From a virus (Duplodnaviria > Caudoviricetes), in IMG/VR virus record IMGVR_UViG_2639762784_000001, positions 21,285 through 85,284 of that record: 64,000 nt of DNA. The stretch is one strand, 5' to 3'. Made by a program: the position numbers and the translations under genes. Under the pieces are notes generated by a model, which saw nothing but the letters and a program-made list of their open reading frames with translations, made no database searches and was not told the DNA's origin. Positions 38,833-48,500 of the stretch are shown here, piece after piece. How positions within the stretch are numbered: the first letter of the stretch is position 1; each line of letters opens with the position of its first letter.

Positions 38833-39165
38833 ATGCCCAACACTCCTGAGACCGTGGACTTCCTGACGGTGCCCCTCGCCGACGGCGGCACCTGGACCCG
38901 CCTGGACCGGCTCACCGACGGCCGCATCATGTGCTGCATCTGCTTCGAGTTCTGCACTCGCGACCAGCTGAACCAGGTCGACGGCGGCGTGGAAGACGTC
39001 TGCAAGCCCTGCGTCCGCAAGGAGGCAGCCGTCGCTGAACTCCCCAGCAGCGCCTGCCGCATAACCCTCGACCCCGGATGGGGTGGTGCCATCCAGGTTT
39101 GCACCCGCGTCAAGGGCCACGACGGCTACCACCGCGACGACCGGACGGCCGGAGGTGCCCAGTGA
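38833..39165 (+). CDS. Cys-rich hypothetical protein
   Basis: GGAG RBS; CCICFE..CKPC. Confidence 0.6.
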   Translation: MPNTPETVDFLTVPLADGGTWTRLDRLTDGRIMCCICFEFCTRDQLNQVDGGVEDVCKPCVRKEAAVAELPSSACRITLDPGWGGAIQVCTRVKGHDGYHRDDRTAGGAQ

Positions 39166-39947
39166 CTGAGCAGGCATCCGGCGCCGACCTCGCCCGGCAG
39201 GCCCTCGCCGCCGCCCGCGCCACCGCCAAGACCGCCCCCGCCCCGGGCCCCAGGAAGACCCGCCGCACCCGGCCGGCCCGCGGAGAAGGACGTGACCCCC
39301 AAGGCCTCGGCGCCATCCTCGGACGCCTCACCGCCGAACAAGGCTGGGACACCGGACTCGACGGCGGCAACCTCATCGACCAGTGGCCCACCATCGCCCC
39401 CACCGAACTCGCCACCACCGTGCAGCCCGTCGCCTACGACCCCGACCGCGGCATCCTCGAACTCCGACCGTCGTCCCCCGCCTACGCCACCCAGGTCCGC
39501 CTGTTCCAGCACCAGCTCGCCAAACACCTCAACACCGCGCTGGGCCGGCCCGCCGTCCGCACCATCCGCGTCCTCGCTCCCGGCCACGCCACGGCGGCCG
39601 CCGACACCGGCCCGGAGCCCGAGCCGGCCAAGCCCACGGACACCCCGGTGAAGACGAGGGAGACCGCGCACCCCGGGTACCGGGCTGCCCTCGAAGCCGC
39701 CCTCACCCACCGGCCCGAACGCCAGCACACCAACCCCTACGTCGGCGAAGCAGCCGCCCGCCAGGAAGCCGCCATGCGCGCCCACCGGCAAGCCGAAGAC
39801 GAACACCGCGACGCCGTGTGGGAACTGGACCGGCTCACCGTCCCGGAGGTCGACCGCAGCGAAGCCGCCCGCCGCGCCGCCCTCGCCTACAAACGGCAGG
39901 CCCCCGCCGACGGCGGCACGCCCCGCCGACTGTTCGGCGCAGCCTGA
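39162..39947 (+). CDS. dciA: DciA / DUF721 family protein
   Basis: SGADLARQALAAAR..GRDPQGLGAILGRL..GW..QWPTI..SPAYATQVRL..LNTALG..IRVLAP. Confidence 0.8.
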   Translation: MTEQASGADLARQALAAARATAKTAPAPGPRKTRRTRPARGEGRDPQGLGAILGRLTAEQGWDTGLDGGNLIDQWPTIAPTELATTVQPVAYDPDRGILELRPSSPAYATQVRLFQHQLAKHLNTALGRPAVRTIRVLAPGHATAAADTGPEPEPAKPTDTPVKTRETAHPGYRAALEAALTHRPERQHTNPYVGEAAARQEAAMRAHRQAEDEHRDAVWELDRLTVPEVDRSEAARRAALAYKRQAPADGGTPRRLFGAA

Positions 39948-40175
39948 CCGGCAGGGGCAACGCGGCGGCGGTTCCTGCGGCACCGTGTACGCGATCAGCA
40001 CTGCACGAACGGAGCCGCCCATGGTCCTCACCCGCACCCCCGCCTGGCACACCCGCGAAGCTGCGGACGAACGGGCATGGCTCGACCACTGGGCCCAACT
40101 CCACCTCGCCCCCCTCCTCGAGCCCCAGCCCGTCCCGGCCGCCGCGCCGGCCCTCACCCTCGCCGGGAGCCCTCG

Positions 40176-40430
40176 ATGACCACCATCGTCTACCCACGCC
40201 AAAACCCCCGCCCCCGAGCCGCCATCTCCAGCACAGCCCTGGACGCACCGGAGGCCGCCCGGGAAGTCGCCCGCACGCTCCGCCGACCCATCGCCGACTT
40301 GGGGCTCCCCGCCTGGCCGCGGCCCCGGCTCGTCCACGACCACGCCGCACTGTTCCGTGAGCCGACGTACGCCGACGGCCAGCCCTACGCGACCGACGAC
40401 GACGAGGACGACCAACCGGCGGCGCCCTGA
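40176..40430 (+). CDS. Hypothetical protein
   Basis: GGGAG RBS, ATG 40176. Confidence 0.45.
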   Translation: MTTIVYPRQNPRPRAAISSTALDAPEAAREVARTLRRPIADLGLPAWPRPRLVHDHAALFREPTYADGQPYATDDDEDDQPAAP

Positions 40431-40441
40431 CCGCCCACCGA

Positions 40442-40459
40442 CGTATACCGCGGTATACG
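40442..40459. promoter_or_regulatory. parS-like palindrome 1
   Basis: CGTATACCGCGGTATACG perfect palindrome upstream of parA. Confidence 0.8.
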
Positions 40460-40497
40460 CGCCCACCTGGTTGGCAAACCTCCTCTGCGGTCCCCGA

Positions 40498-40519
40498 GGC
40501 GTATACCGCGGTATACGCC
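40498..40519. promoter_or_regulatory. parS-like palindrome 2
   Basis: GGCGTATACCGCGGTATACGCC. Confidence 0.8.
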
Positions 40520-40631
40520 CGCCACGGTGAACCCACCGCCCAATCCCAGACCCCACCCCGCCCATCTGAGAAGCTATGCCCCGTCCGAGTACCGAGAGCC
40601 CTTCTCGGGAAGCACACGGAAACGGAGCACC

Positions 40632-41294
40632 ATGCCCTCCTCAGTCCTCGTCGTGTCCACCGACCCCCAAGGGTCAACCATCTGGTGGGCCGACCGCGTC
40701 GGCGACAACCTCCCCTTCGACTTCGCCGCCGCCCACGAAGACCCCGACAGCCTCGCCGCCCTGAAGGGCTTGGGCGCGCAGATCCACGTCATCGCCAACC
40801 AGAAGGGCGGCGTCGGTAAAACCACCACCGCCGTCAACCTCGCCGCCGTCACCCACGACGTCCTCGGCAACAGCGACGACCGGCAGCACATCTTCATCGA
40901 CACCCCCGGCAGCCTCGAGAACGAACACATCCTCGCCGCCGCCCTCGACGTCGCCGACGACGTCCTCGTGCCCATGCCGCCCGAGCCGCTCGCCTTCGAC
41001 CCGACCGCCCGCACCATCGAACGCGTCATCGTCCCCCGCGGTCTCCCGTACACGGTCGTCATCAATGCCTGGGACCCGCGCGACGGCAAGGCGGACCTCG
41101 AGGACACCGTCGCCTACATCGACGCCATGGGCTGGCCCCGCGCGAAGACCGTCATCCGCCGCTACAAAATCCACACCCGTGCCGCGTCCGAAGGCAAGGT
41201 CGTCACCCAGTACGCCGACAACGGCACCACCCTGCGGGCCCGCGAGGACTACTTCCGCCTGGCCCTGGAGCGCGGCTACGGAGGACGCCGCTGA
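40632..41294 (+). CDS. parA: ParA family partition ATPase (segment-permuted)
   Basis: Deviant Walker A NQKGGVGKTT, Walker B IFIDTPG; A' motif TDPQGS precedes Walker A. Confidence 0.9.
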   Translation: MPSSVLVVSTDPQGSTIWWADRVGDNLPFDFAAAHEDPDSLAALKGLGAQIHVIANQKGGVGKTTTAVNLAAVTHDVLGNSDDRQHIFIDTPGSLENEHILAAALDVADDVLVPMPPEPLAFDPTARTIERVIVPRGLPYTVVINAWDPRDGKADLEDTVAYIDAMGWPRAKTVIRRYKIHTRAASEGKVVTQYADNGTTLRAREDYFRLALERGYGGRR

Positions 41295-42442
41295 TGGCCG
41301 GCAAGCGCGTCTCCCTCGCCTCCCTCGCCGAAGCCAAAGTCGAAGCCGTTCCCGGGGCCAGCCGGCCCGACCTCATCCACGTCCCCCCGAACACGGTCGC
41401 CCCCACCCCCCTCAACCCGCGGCGCGCCTTCGACGAAACCGAACTGATAGAGCTCGGGGAAGACATGCGGGCCGGGCAGCTCCAGCCGTGCGTCGCCGTC
41501 AACAAGGCCGCCTACCTGAAGCTGTACCCGGAGCACGCCGACCGACTGCCCGACGGCTGCCGGTACATCATGGCCGCCGGGGAACGCAGGTGGCGGGCCG
41601 CCGCCAAGGTCGGCCTGGACAGCCTCGATGTGATGCTGCGGCACGACCTCACCGAATCCCGGGTCCGGTTCCTCGCCGCGGTGCTCTCGGAGAACGTGCA
41701 GCGAGCCAACTTCAACCCCATCGAGGAAGCCGACGGGCTGCGCGCCATGCTCGACCTCCACGACGGGAACCAGGCGGCCGCCGCCAGGGCGATGGGCAAG
41801 TCGAAGGCGTGGTTCAACCAGCGGATCGGCCTGCTGCGCCTGTCCGATCAGATGGTGGAGCTCGTCTTCGCGGGGAAGCTCACCGCGTTCAGGGACATGC
41901 GCCGGTACGCGGCCCTACCCCCCGGCGAGCAGTACACCGCGTGGAAGTCGGACCAGGAGCAGCCCCGCCCGCCGAAGCCGCCCCAGCCCGAACCGCCCGC
42001 GGCTGCTCCTGCCCGTGATGCCGGGCAGCCGGAGGCGTATACCGCGGTATACGCCGGGCCCGCAGAACCCGCGCCTGCCCCGGACGTCCCGGCGGTGTCC
42101 GGTTCGTCCTCGGGCCTCCGGAAGGAGCTGTCGCCGGAGCCGGCCACCGCACCGGTGGAACCGCCGGCAGGCGGACTTGAGCGCGCCGAACCGGCGCCTG
42201 GTGCTCCTGAGGCGCTGCGGCCCGAGCCTGAGCTGATCCCCGACCCGCGGCCCGAGCCATCGGCGGAGGGCAGGCGGTTCCCCTACGACAGTCCAGGGGA
42301 GGCAGTCATGCTGCTGGCGCATCGGATGGGCGACGACGCGTTCTTCGAAACGGTGCGGCTCCTTGTCATGAAGGCCGCCGACCGTAATGGGGGCCGTCTG
42401 CACGGCATCCTGCGTGACACGGTGAAGGAACGCTCTTTGTAG
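41294..42442 (+). CDS. parB: ParB/Spo0J partition protein
   Basis: NPRRAFD, GQLQP, AGERRWRA, ENVQR..PIEEA, HTH. Confidence 0.92.
   Translation: MAGKRVSLASLAEAKVEAVPGASRPDLIHVPPNTVAPTPLNPRRAFDETELIELGEDMRAGQLQPCVAVNKAAYLKLYPEHADRLPDGCRYIMAAGERRWRAAAKVGLDSLDVMLRHDLTESRVRFLAAVLSENVQRANFNPIEEADGLRAMLDLHDGNQAAAARAMGKSKAWFNQRIGLLRLSDQMVELVFAGKLTAFRDMRRYAALPPGEQYTAWKSDQEQPRPPKPPQPEPPAAAPARDAGQPEAYTAVYAGPAEPAPAPDVPAVSGSSSGLRKELSPEPATAPVEPPAGGLERAEPAPGAPEALRPEPELIPDPRPEPSAEGRRFPYDSPGEAVMLLAHRMGDDAFFETVRLLVMKAADRNGGRLHGILRDTVKERSL
42034..42055. promoter_or_regulatory. parS-like palindrome 3, inside parB
   Basis: GGCGTATACCGCGGTATACGCC, read as AYTAVYA in the ParB linker. Confidence 0.8.
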
Positions 42443-42459
42443 AGCACCTGCTCCGGTAT

Positions 42460-42488
42460 TCGGCCCTCACCATGATGGTGGGGGCCGA
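42460..42488 (+). terminator. Hairpin downstream of parB
   Basis: TCGGCCCTCACCAT / ATGGTGGGGGCCGA. Confidence 0.55.
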
Positions 42489-43246
42489 CGTCGTCTTCCG
42501 GTCAACTTCCATCCCATACAGCCCAGTTGCCGGGGTTTCTGCATCACCCGCTCGAGTGACACCAGCCCGCGACTCTTTCCTCGCGCACCAGTTCGTGGAT
42601 TGGGTGGAGACTGCTGCCAAGTCTGGGGCTGCCGGCGGCAGGCCGGGAACGGCGGAGGTGGATCGCAGCCCACCCGCCGGATCCCGGCCCCCACACCTGG
42701 CACCTCTCCTGGCCGCACGAAAACAGGGGGAACAGGGTCCTGCGGTGTGGCGTCATCCGGGATTAGACTCCCGTCATCTGGCGGGCGTACGCCCGTGAGG
42801 TCTCAAGGCCCCTCCCAGTCGCCCCGATGGTGTGTTGTCGGCAACACCGCACCCCGGACCGCGCAGGAGGGGCCTTCCCCATGCCCACACCACCCCTTCA
42901 CGCCCCGTCCACGCTCCTTCAACCCCGGGTAACGCACTGGCCAAAATTCGTTTCGAATGCGAGTCAATAGCCGAGAACCCGCCTCCATGTCTTACTCACA
43001 CACCATCGGCAGTGTCACAGTGGCAACCCGCACTCCGGACTGGCAGCCGGATGCGCACCCACCACCCCGGCACCCGATCAGTGTCGGTGCACCAAACCTT
43101 CCCATCTGCCGGAGGAGCGGAGACGCCCCATGTCCGCAGAGCCGACCCGTCCCGGGCCCGACCGACCATCCCGCCCGGCCACAGTCCTCACTTTTCCGAC
43201 GGCGAGCCGGCCCCCGCGCCCCACGCGCAGGGAAAGGACCCCTGTC

Positions 43247-43489
43247 GTGCCACCCGACCCCCACACGGACGCCCACCAGCGGCTCGCCGCCACCATCGAG
43301 GCCGTGTTCGCCCGCCACGGCCGCAGCCTCACCGACGACGACACCGCACAGGACTACCGCATCACCCTGACCGAGGTGCGGCGGATGTTCCAGGGCGCCC
43401 ACGCCCAAGGAGTCCTCGGCAGCGAAGCGCACCGCGAACTGGACGCGATGATCGAAGGCATGGCGGCGGTCCCCGACTTCCTCACCTGA
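43247..43489 (+). CDS. Hypothetical protein
   Basis: AAAGGA RBS before GTG; biased codon usage. Confidence 0.5.
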   Translation: MPPDPHTDAHQRLAATIEAVFARHGRSLTDDDTAQDYRITLTEVRRMFQGAHAQGVLGSEAHRELDAMIEGMAAVPDFLT

Positions 43490-43733
43490 CGCCGGGTGAG
43501 GCCGGGGTGACCCGGGCTGCTTCATCACGGCCACCCCGGACACTCAACAGCAAATACGCCCCGTTGATCATTTGACACAGTCTGTTCAACAGGCGCCCCA
43601 GATGTGCCACGATGGGCCGACCGGGTAGACCCGGAGTACCAACCTCCAGCCGCCCCGGCGTGCGCCCCACCGTGCCCACGGACCCAAGTGCGCCCCGGGA
43701 CAGGCAGCTGGATGAACAGGGGACGGGGACAGC

Positions 43734-44273
43734 ATGGGCCAAGACACCAGCATTGCCGCAGCCAGAGCCCTCCGACTGCTCAACACACCAGCCCTGCGAC
43801 ACCCTCCCACCCGCGGCCCCCAAGAACGCCGCACGGCATCCACCACCCCGGCCGCACCGCTCAACCTCGGCATCGTCGACTACCTCGCCCGCACCGTCGC
43901 CGAAGTCGCCGACCACACCCGGGAAGTGGACCCGCAGGCCGGCCCGCCCCCGGACCGGGTGGAGGACATCTACGACTGGTACACCGCCCACACCGGCGAC
44001 GCTGACGAGGACCAGCAGCGCCGCCGCGACACCGTGATCGAGCGTCACCGCCTCGAGCACGCCGTACGGCTCGGCGAGTTCGACGAAGTGTGCAAGCATC
44101 CCTGCCCCCGCTGCCGATGCTGGGGCCTGATGTGGCAGGCCGCGGGTAACCGGGCCAGGTGTACGAACCGCCGGTGCCGTACCCCGGACGGCATGAGCTC
44201 CTCCTGGACCCTCGGCCGGCTCGCCGCGCAAAAGGTCCAGCGGACAGAAATCTGGCGACTGAACGCAACCTGA
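43734..44273 (+). CDS. Zn-finger hypothetical protein
   Basis: APLNLGIVDY; CPRC..CTNRRC. Confidence 0.65.
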   Translation: MGQDTSIAAARALRLLNTPALRHPPTRGPQERRTASTTPAAPLNLGIVDYLARTVAEVADHTREVDPQAGPPPDRVEDIYDWYTAHTGDADEDQQRRRDTVIERHRLEHAVRLGEFDEVCKHPCPRCRCWGLMWQAAGNRARCTNRRCRTPDGMSSSWTLGRLAAQKVQRTEIWRLNAT

Positions 44274-44404
44274 TCCGCCCCCAACGGGTCTACCCAGCAA
44301 CATCCACAACTGGACACATCCCCACCCAAGCGGACCCCTGCTGGGTTCGCGCCCGTATCGGTCGCCGTCAGCTGCGAACTGTGGCCGCCGACCTGGGAGG
44401 CCAC

Positions 44405-44653
44405 ATGGCCGCAACGCACTACAGTCCCCTGCCCGAGCAGATAGAGGACCCGGTCACCTACCAGGAGGCCGCAGCCCTGTTCGCCCGCACCGGGCATGAT
44501 GCGCCCGTGTCCACGCTCCGCCGGTGGGCCAAGGAGGACCGTCTGGAGACGGTGAAGTCGGGGCGGACGGTCTACGTGTCGTGGAGCGACCTCCTGGAGG
44601 CGCACGCGAAGCGGATGGCGGTGAAGCTGAGGGCGTCGTCGAACTGGCCTTGA
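44405..44653 (+). CDS. Small excisionase/MerR-like HTH DNA-binding protein
   Basis: GGAGG RBS; VTYQEAAALF..STLRRWAK..GRTVYVSWSDLL. Confidence 0.7.
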   Translation: MAATHYSPLPEQIEDPVTYQEAAALFARTGHDAPVSTLRRWAKEDRLETVKSGRTVYVSWSDLLEAHAKRMAVKLRASSNWP

Positions 44654-44668
44654 CTGTCCGCATGAGCT

Positions 44669-44707
44669 AGGCCCTGATCTCCAGTTGCTGGGGGTCGGGG
44701 CCTTTTT
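44669..44707 (+). terminator. Intrinsic terminator
   Basis: AGGCCCTGATCTCCAG / CTGGGGGTCGGGGCCT plus T-tract. Confidence 0.8.
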
Positions 44708-44721
44708 CATGCCCACACTCT

Positions 44722-44758
44722 GAACCTATTGCATTCGTAATGGAATATGGGTTAACTT
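44722..44758 (+). promoter_or_regulatory. Promoter with conserved 15-bp spacer box (copy 2)
   Basis: TTGCAT-18-TAACTT containing CGTAATGGAATATGG. Confidence 0.75.
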
Positions 44759-44826
44759 GGGTTTGCAGTCACCGCCACACCCTGAACGGGCAGGCGACGC
44801 ACACCCATCCCCACCCCGGAGCACCC

Positions 44827-45159
44827 ATGGCCGTGATCACGCACGCCCACACCCGACCCGAAACCGACTACTACGCCCTCCCGGCCACGCTCCAGGACGC
44901 CTTCGACGAGCTGATGGAGCAGGCCGACCAGGCCGGCACCACCGACCACTTCCTCACCCTCATGGCCCGCGCCGCCAGCCTGACCGGCATTCGACTCCCG
45001 GCCAGCGGCGACATACGGCGCTGCGCCTGCTCCTGCATCTGCGGCTGCATCTTCGACGCCGAAGACCCCGACGCCCACGTCATCGAGTGGACCGACGGCT
45101 ACAACCTGGGCCGCCTCCAGTGCCCCACCTGCCACGACCGGCACTCCGAAACCGCCTGA
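44827..45159 (+). CDS. Cys-rich hypothetical protein
   Basis: GGAG RBS; CACSCICGC..CPTC. Confidence 0.65.
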   Translation: MAVITHAHTRPETDYYALPATLQDAFDELMEQADQAGTTDHFLTLMARAASLTGIRLPASGDIRRCACSCICGCIFDAEDPDAHVIEWTDGYNLGRLQCPTCHDRHSETA

Positions 45160-45253
45160 GAACGCAGACACCCCGATGCACCCGCAAGCCCGCCCGGCCG
45201 CGCATGACCACCGCACTGCGCGGCCGGGCGACCAACCCCCAAGGAGACGCCGC

Positions 45254-45664
45254 ATGGCCACCACCGCCATGAACCTGCACGTGATGGCCGCCTACGCGAA
45301 CCTCCACGGCATCCACACCGGCGACCAGTTCGCCACCGGCGACCGGCTGGACATCTGCGCCATCGCCTACGTGGTCGCCAAAGACTGCCCGGCCCCGCCC
45401 GTCTTCTACACCGACGAGTGCGCCTCCCTCGACCTCATCGAAGCCAGCGAGCCGGCCATGGACGCCATCCGCGCCATCTCCGCCTCCCTCCACTCCGAGC
45501 CGTGCGAGACCAACGGGCAGCCCGACTACATCGAGCACGTCTCCAACTGGGCCGCCACCCGCGCCCCGTTCTCCAGCGCGCCGCCCACCCCCAGCGAGGT
45601 CATCGGCCGCATCCTGCGGGCCGCCCTCGCCCTCGACACCGACCGCCCCTCCGCCGTCGCCTGA
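45254..45664 (+). CDS. Hypothetical protein
   Basis: AAGGAG RBS; strong C3 bias. Confidence 0.65.
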   Translation: MATTAMNLHVMAAYANLHGIHTGDQFATGDRLDICAIAYVVAKDCPAPPVFYTDECASLDLIEASEPAMDAIRAISASLHSEPCETNGQPDYIEHVSNWAATRAPFSSAPPTPSEVIGRILRAALALDTDRPSAVA

Positions 45665-45686
45665 CACCCCGAACGGAGCCCCTGCC

Positions 45687-45917
45687 ATGAGCGCCATGAC
45701 CCCCGAGACCACGAACACCTCCCCCGCCGACTCCTACAACGACGGCCTCATCGACGGTGAACTCGCCGCCATCACCCACCTGCCCTCCGCCCGCATCCAC
45801 GCCCGCGCCGCCATGGCCGACGAGTACGACCCGCTGTACGCGCAGGGCCTCATCGACGGCTACCTCCACGCCATCGCCGTCAACGCCGCCCTCATCGAGA
45901 AGGAGCAGACCGCATGA
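45687..45917 (+). CDS. Hypothetical protein
   Basis: GGAG RBS; coupled to next gene. Confidence 0.6.
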   Translation: MSAMTPETTNTSPADSYNDGLIDGELAAITHLPSARIHARAAMADEYDPLYAQGLIDGYLHAIAVNAALIEKEQTA

Positions 45918-46429
45918 GCGCCCGCGACGAACTCCGCCGCTACGTCCACCTACTGGCCGACGCATGGACGCCCTGCGAGACAACCGACGCCCGCGTTGAG
46001 AAGCTGTACGGGCTCGTCCGCGCTGAGGTACTCGCCGAGGCCAAGGCTGAAACCGTCGCCTGGCTGGTGAAGAAGGCCAGCGAGCGGAACATGCAGGACG
46101 CCGCCGTCCTGGCATCCAAGCTCGACCGAGGCGCCGTCCGCATCTTCATCGGGACGGACTACTACCGGGGCGCCATGGACGAGCACCGCGCTGAGGTGCT
46201 CGCCGAAGCGGCAGCAGTGGTCGACGCGACGCTGACGGAAGAACCCGACACCATGCGCGCCTCCGCCCTGTACGAAGCCCTGCTGAAGCTGCGCGCCATG
46301 CCGCCCTGCACCTGCGCCCGCAGCTGGGGCCTCCACGGGAAGGCCTGCCGAAAGTACGTGGCTGGCCACGAACTGCTCAGCCCTGCCAACGCCCTCGCGG
46401 CCTACCGCGCTGAGACGGACGCCAGGTGA
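45914..46429 (+). CDS. Hypothetical phage protein
   Basis: ATGA overlap; RAEVLAEA repeated twice. Confidence 0.6.
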   Translation: MSARDELRRYVHLLADAWTPCETTDARVEKLYGLVRAEVLAEAKAETVAWLVKKASERNMQDAAVLASKLDRGAVRIFIGTDYYRGAMDEHRAEVLAEAAAVVDATLTEEPDTMRASALYEALLKLRAMPPCTCARSWGLHGKACRKYVAGHELLSPANALAAYRAETDAR

Positions 46430-46540
46430 CCTGGCCCGACGGCATCGCCCTCGCCGTCGGGCTCACCGCCCTCACCCTCATCCTCACCCACCAGCACCGG
46501 AGCACCACCACCCAGCACCCCAGCAGGACGGAGCACCGCA

Positions 46541-47299
46541 ATGGCCCGCACCAGCAACACGGCGAAGAAGACCACCAGCCCGGCGAAGAAGACGACCGCG
46601 AAGAAGACCGCCCCCGCACGGACCCCGCGTAAGAGCGCCGCCAAGACCGCCCCCGCCACGCCAGCCACGCCCCGCCTGTCCCTCGTCAAACCCGAACCCG
46701 CTCGCCCCCACCTCCCCACCCGCGCCCGCCACTGGATGACCGACACCCAAGGCCACGCCACCCTCGCCGCCCGCATCGCTGGCATCCCCACCCACCGCAT
46801 CCACGACTGGCGTGACCACCGCGACGGAACCGCCACCCGCCCCCTGGCCGACGGCAGCCACCTCCACTACGACCACACCACCCGAACCCTCACCTGGCAC
46901 GCCCCCTGCCCCCAGGGCGCCATCCACGCCTACCGGCTCGACTCCCCGTCCACCGCCACCACGGCCCGCATCCACGCCGACCGCTGCACCACCCCCCACA
47001 CCGACCTCAACCACATCCCCGCCCTCACCCCCGACGAACTCGCCGGCTACGGCATCCACACCGGCCCCACCTGGGCCCGCCCCGACGTCCTCGGCGAAAC
47101 CCCCACCCAATCCATCCCCGACCTCGACCACATCTCCGGCCCCTACCCCGAGCCGCGCGCCCTCGGCGACCAGCTCACCCACTCCGGTACCGACACCACC
47201 GCCACCCAGCCCATGAATACCCGCGAGATAGCCGCCGCCCTCGAAGCCCGCACCGACAACGACCTCGACACCGCGAAGGAGCACCCGGACCATGCCTGA
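46541..47299 (+). CDS. Hypothetical protein with histone-like Lys/Ala/Thr N-terminus
   Basis: AKKTTSPAKKTTAKKTAPARTPRKSAAKTA; GGAG RBS. Confidence 0.6.
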   Translation: MARTSNTAKKTTSPAKKTTAKKTAPARTPRKSAAKTAPATPATPRLSLVKPEPARPHLPTRARHWMTDTQGHATLAARIAGIPTHRIHDWRDHRDGTATRPLADGSHLHYDHTTRTLTWHAPCPQGAIHAYRLDSPSTATTARIHADRCTTPHTDLNHIPALTPDELAGYGIHTGPTWARPDVLGETPTQSIPDLDHISGPYPEPRALGDQLTHSGTDTTATQPMNTREIAAALEARTDNDLDTAKEHPDHA

Positions 47300-47624
47300 A
47301 CTCCTTGTCCTCATCGACAACAAGCCCACCCCTCTCCACGACTGCGCCTGGGTGGAATACGCCTCCTGCGGCTGCGCTGTCAGCGTCGCCATGGCCGCCA
47401 TGGACGACGGATCCCGCGCCCTGCCCACCGAGGACGACGCCCGCCGCCACCTCGAACCCAGCAAGAGAGCCCGGGACAAGCAGATCCGTCAGGGCGACCG
47501 CCTGGAACTGATGACCATGGACCGCTACCACGCGGAGGTCGAACTGGCCGTCCGCTGCCCGCACCTCAAGGGCGACACCACGCAGCAGACGCTGGACCCG
47601 GCACAGGGAGCCACCCGTGCCTGA
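47292..47624 (+). CDS. Hypothetical protein
   Basis: AAGGAG upstream; overlaps previous stop. Confidence 0.55.
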   Translation: MPELLVLIDNKPTPLHDCAWVEYASCGCAVSVAMAAMDDGSRALPTEDDARRHLEPSKRARDKQIRQGDRLELMTMDRYHAEVELAVRCPHLKGDTTQQTLDPAQGATRA

Positions 47625-48033
47625 GACCACCCCCGGCTACGACGCCGCCCTCGCCGCCGCCGAACACCACGCCGCCATGCTCAAACGCCACGACCCCTTC
47701 TACATCACCCAACTCGCCAACCAGCTCGAGCAAGCCGTCGAATTCCGCATCCCCTGCCCCGGACACCCCCACCACGCCGACCTCCGCATCAAACGCCGCC
47801 TCGACGGCCAGGCAGACGGATGGGCCGTCCTCAACGACAACCCCGGCAACGAACACGCCTGGACCGGCACCCGGTGGATCTACCGCGGCAACCTGACCCG
47901 CGAACAGATCTACCGCTACACCCGCGACGACGCCATCGAGGAAGCCACCCGCATCGCCCCCCTCGAAACCGCCGCGTTCCTCGCCCACATCGAACGCCTC
48001 CGCGCGCAGCACCAGGAAGGAGTCACCCAGTGA
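47617..48033 (+). CDS. Hypothetical protein
   Basis: GGGAG RBS; strong C3 bias. Confidence 0.6.
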   Translation: MPETTPGYDAALAAAEHHAAMLKRHDPFYITQLANQLEQAVEFRIPCPGHPHHADLRIKRRLDGQADGWAVLNDNPGNEHAWTGTRWIYRGNLTREQIYRYTRDDAIEEATRIAPLETAAFLAHIERLRAQHQEGVTQ

Positions 48034-48500
48034 CCATGACCGCCCCCGAAACCGCACACGGCGGCATCCTCCGCCCCCCGTCCTGGCGCCTCGCCCTCCC
48101 CGCCCAAACCAAGCTCATCAACGCTAACCAGACCATCCACTACCGGCGCAAAGCCGAACTGGTGAAGGTCATCCGCAACGCCGCATGGACCATGGCCCGC
48201 CACAGCAACATCCCGGCCCTCCAGCGCGCCCACATCTACTTCGTCATCCACCCCGACACCAGCATCAAACGCCGCGACCCCGGCAACTGGGCCCCCTCCG
48301 CCAAAGCCGCCGTCGACGGCCTCGTGGACGCCGGCGTCCTCCCCGACGACGACGCCACCCGCCTCATCGGACCCGACCCCCGCATCGGCCACCCCGTCAA
48401 GGGCTCCCAACTCGTCCTGTGGATCACCGACCTCAACCAGATCCACCCCGACCACCTCGCCCTCCTCAACCCGCCGGCCCTCCCCGGAGACCCCCGATGA
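48030..48500 (+). CDS. RusA-like Holliday junction resolvase
   Basis: RRDPGNWAPSAKAAVDGLVDAGVLPDDD. Confidence 0.78.
   Translation: MTMTAPETAHGGILRPPSWRLALPAQTKLINANQTIHYRRKAELVKVIRNAAWTMARHSNIPALQRAHIYFVIHPDTSIKRRDPGNWAPSAKAAVDGLVDAGVLPDDDATRLIGPDPRIGHPVKGSQLVLWITDLNQIHPDHLALLNPPALPGDPR

Noticed and set aside
40442-40519. CRISPR-like repeat-spacer-repeat
   Set aside because: Perfect palindromes beside parAB with a third copy inside parB fit parS better
42472-43130. ORFs downstream of parB
   Set aside because: Atypical codon usage and no motifs; treated as non-coding
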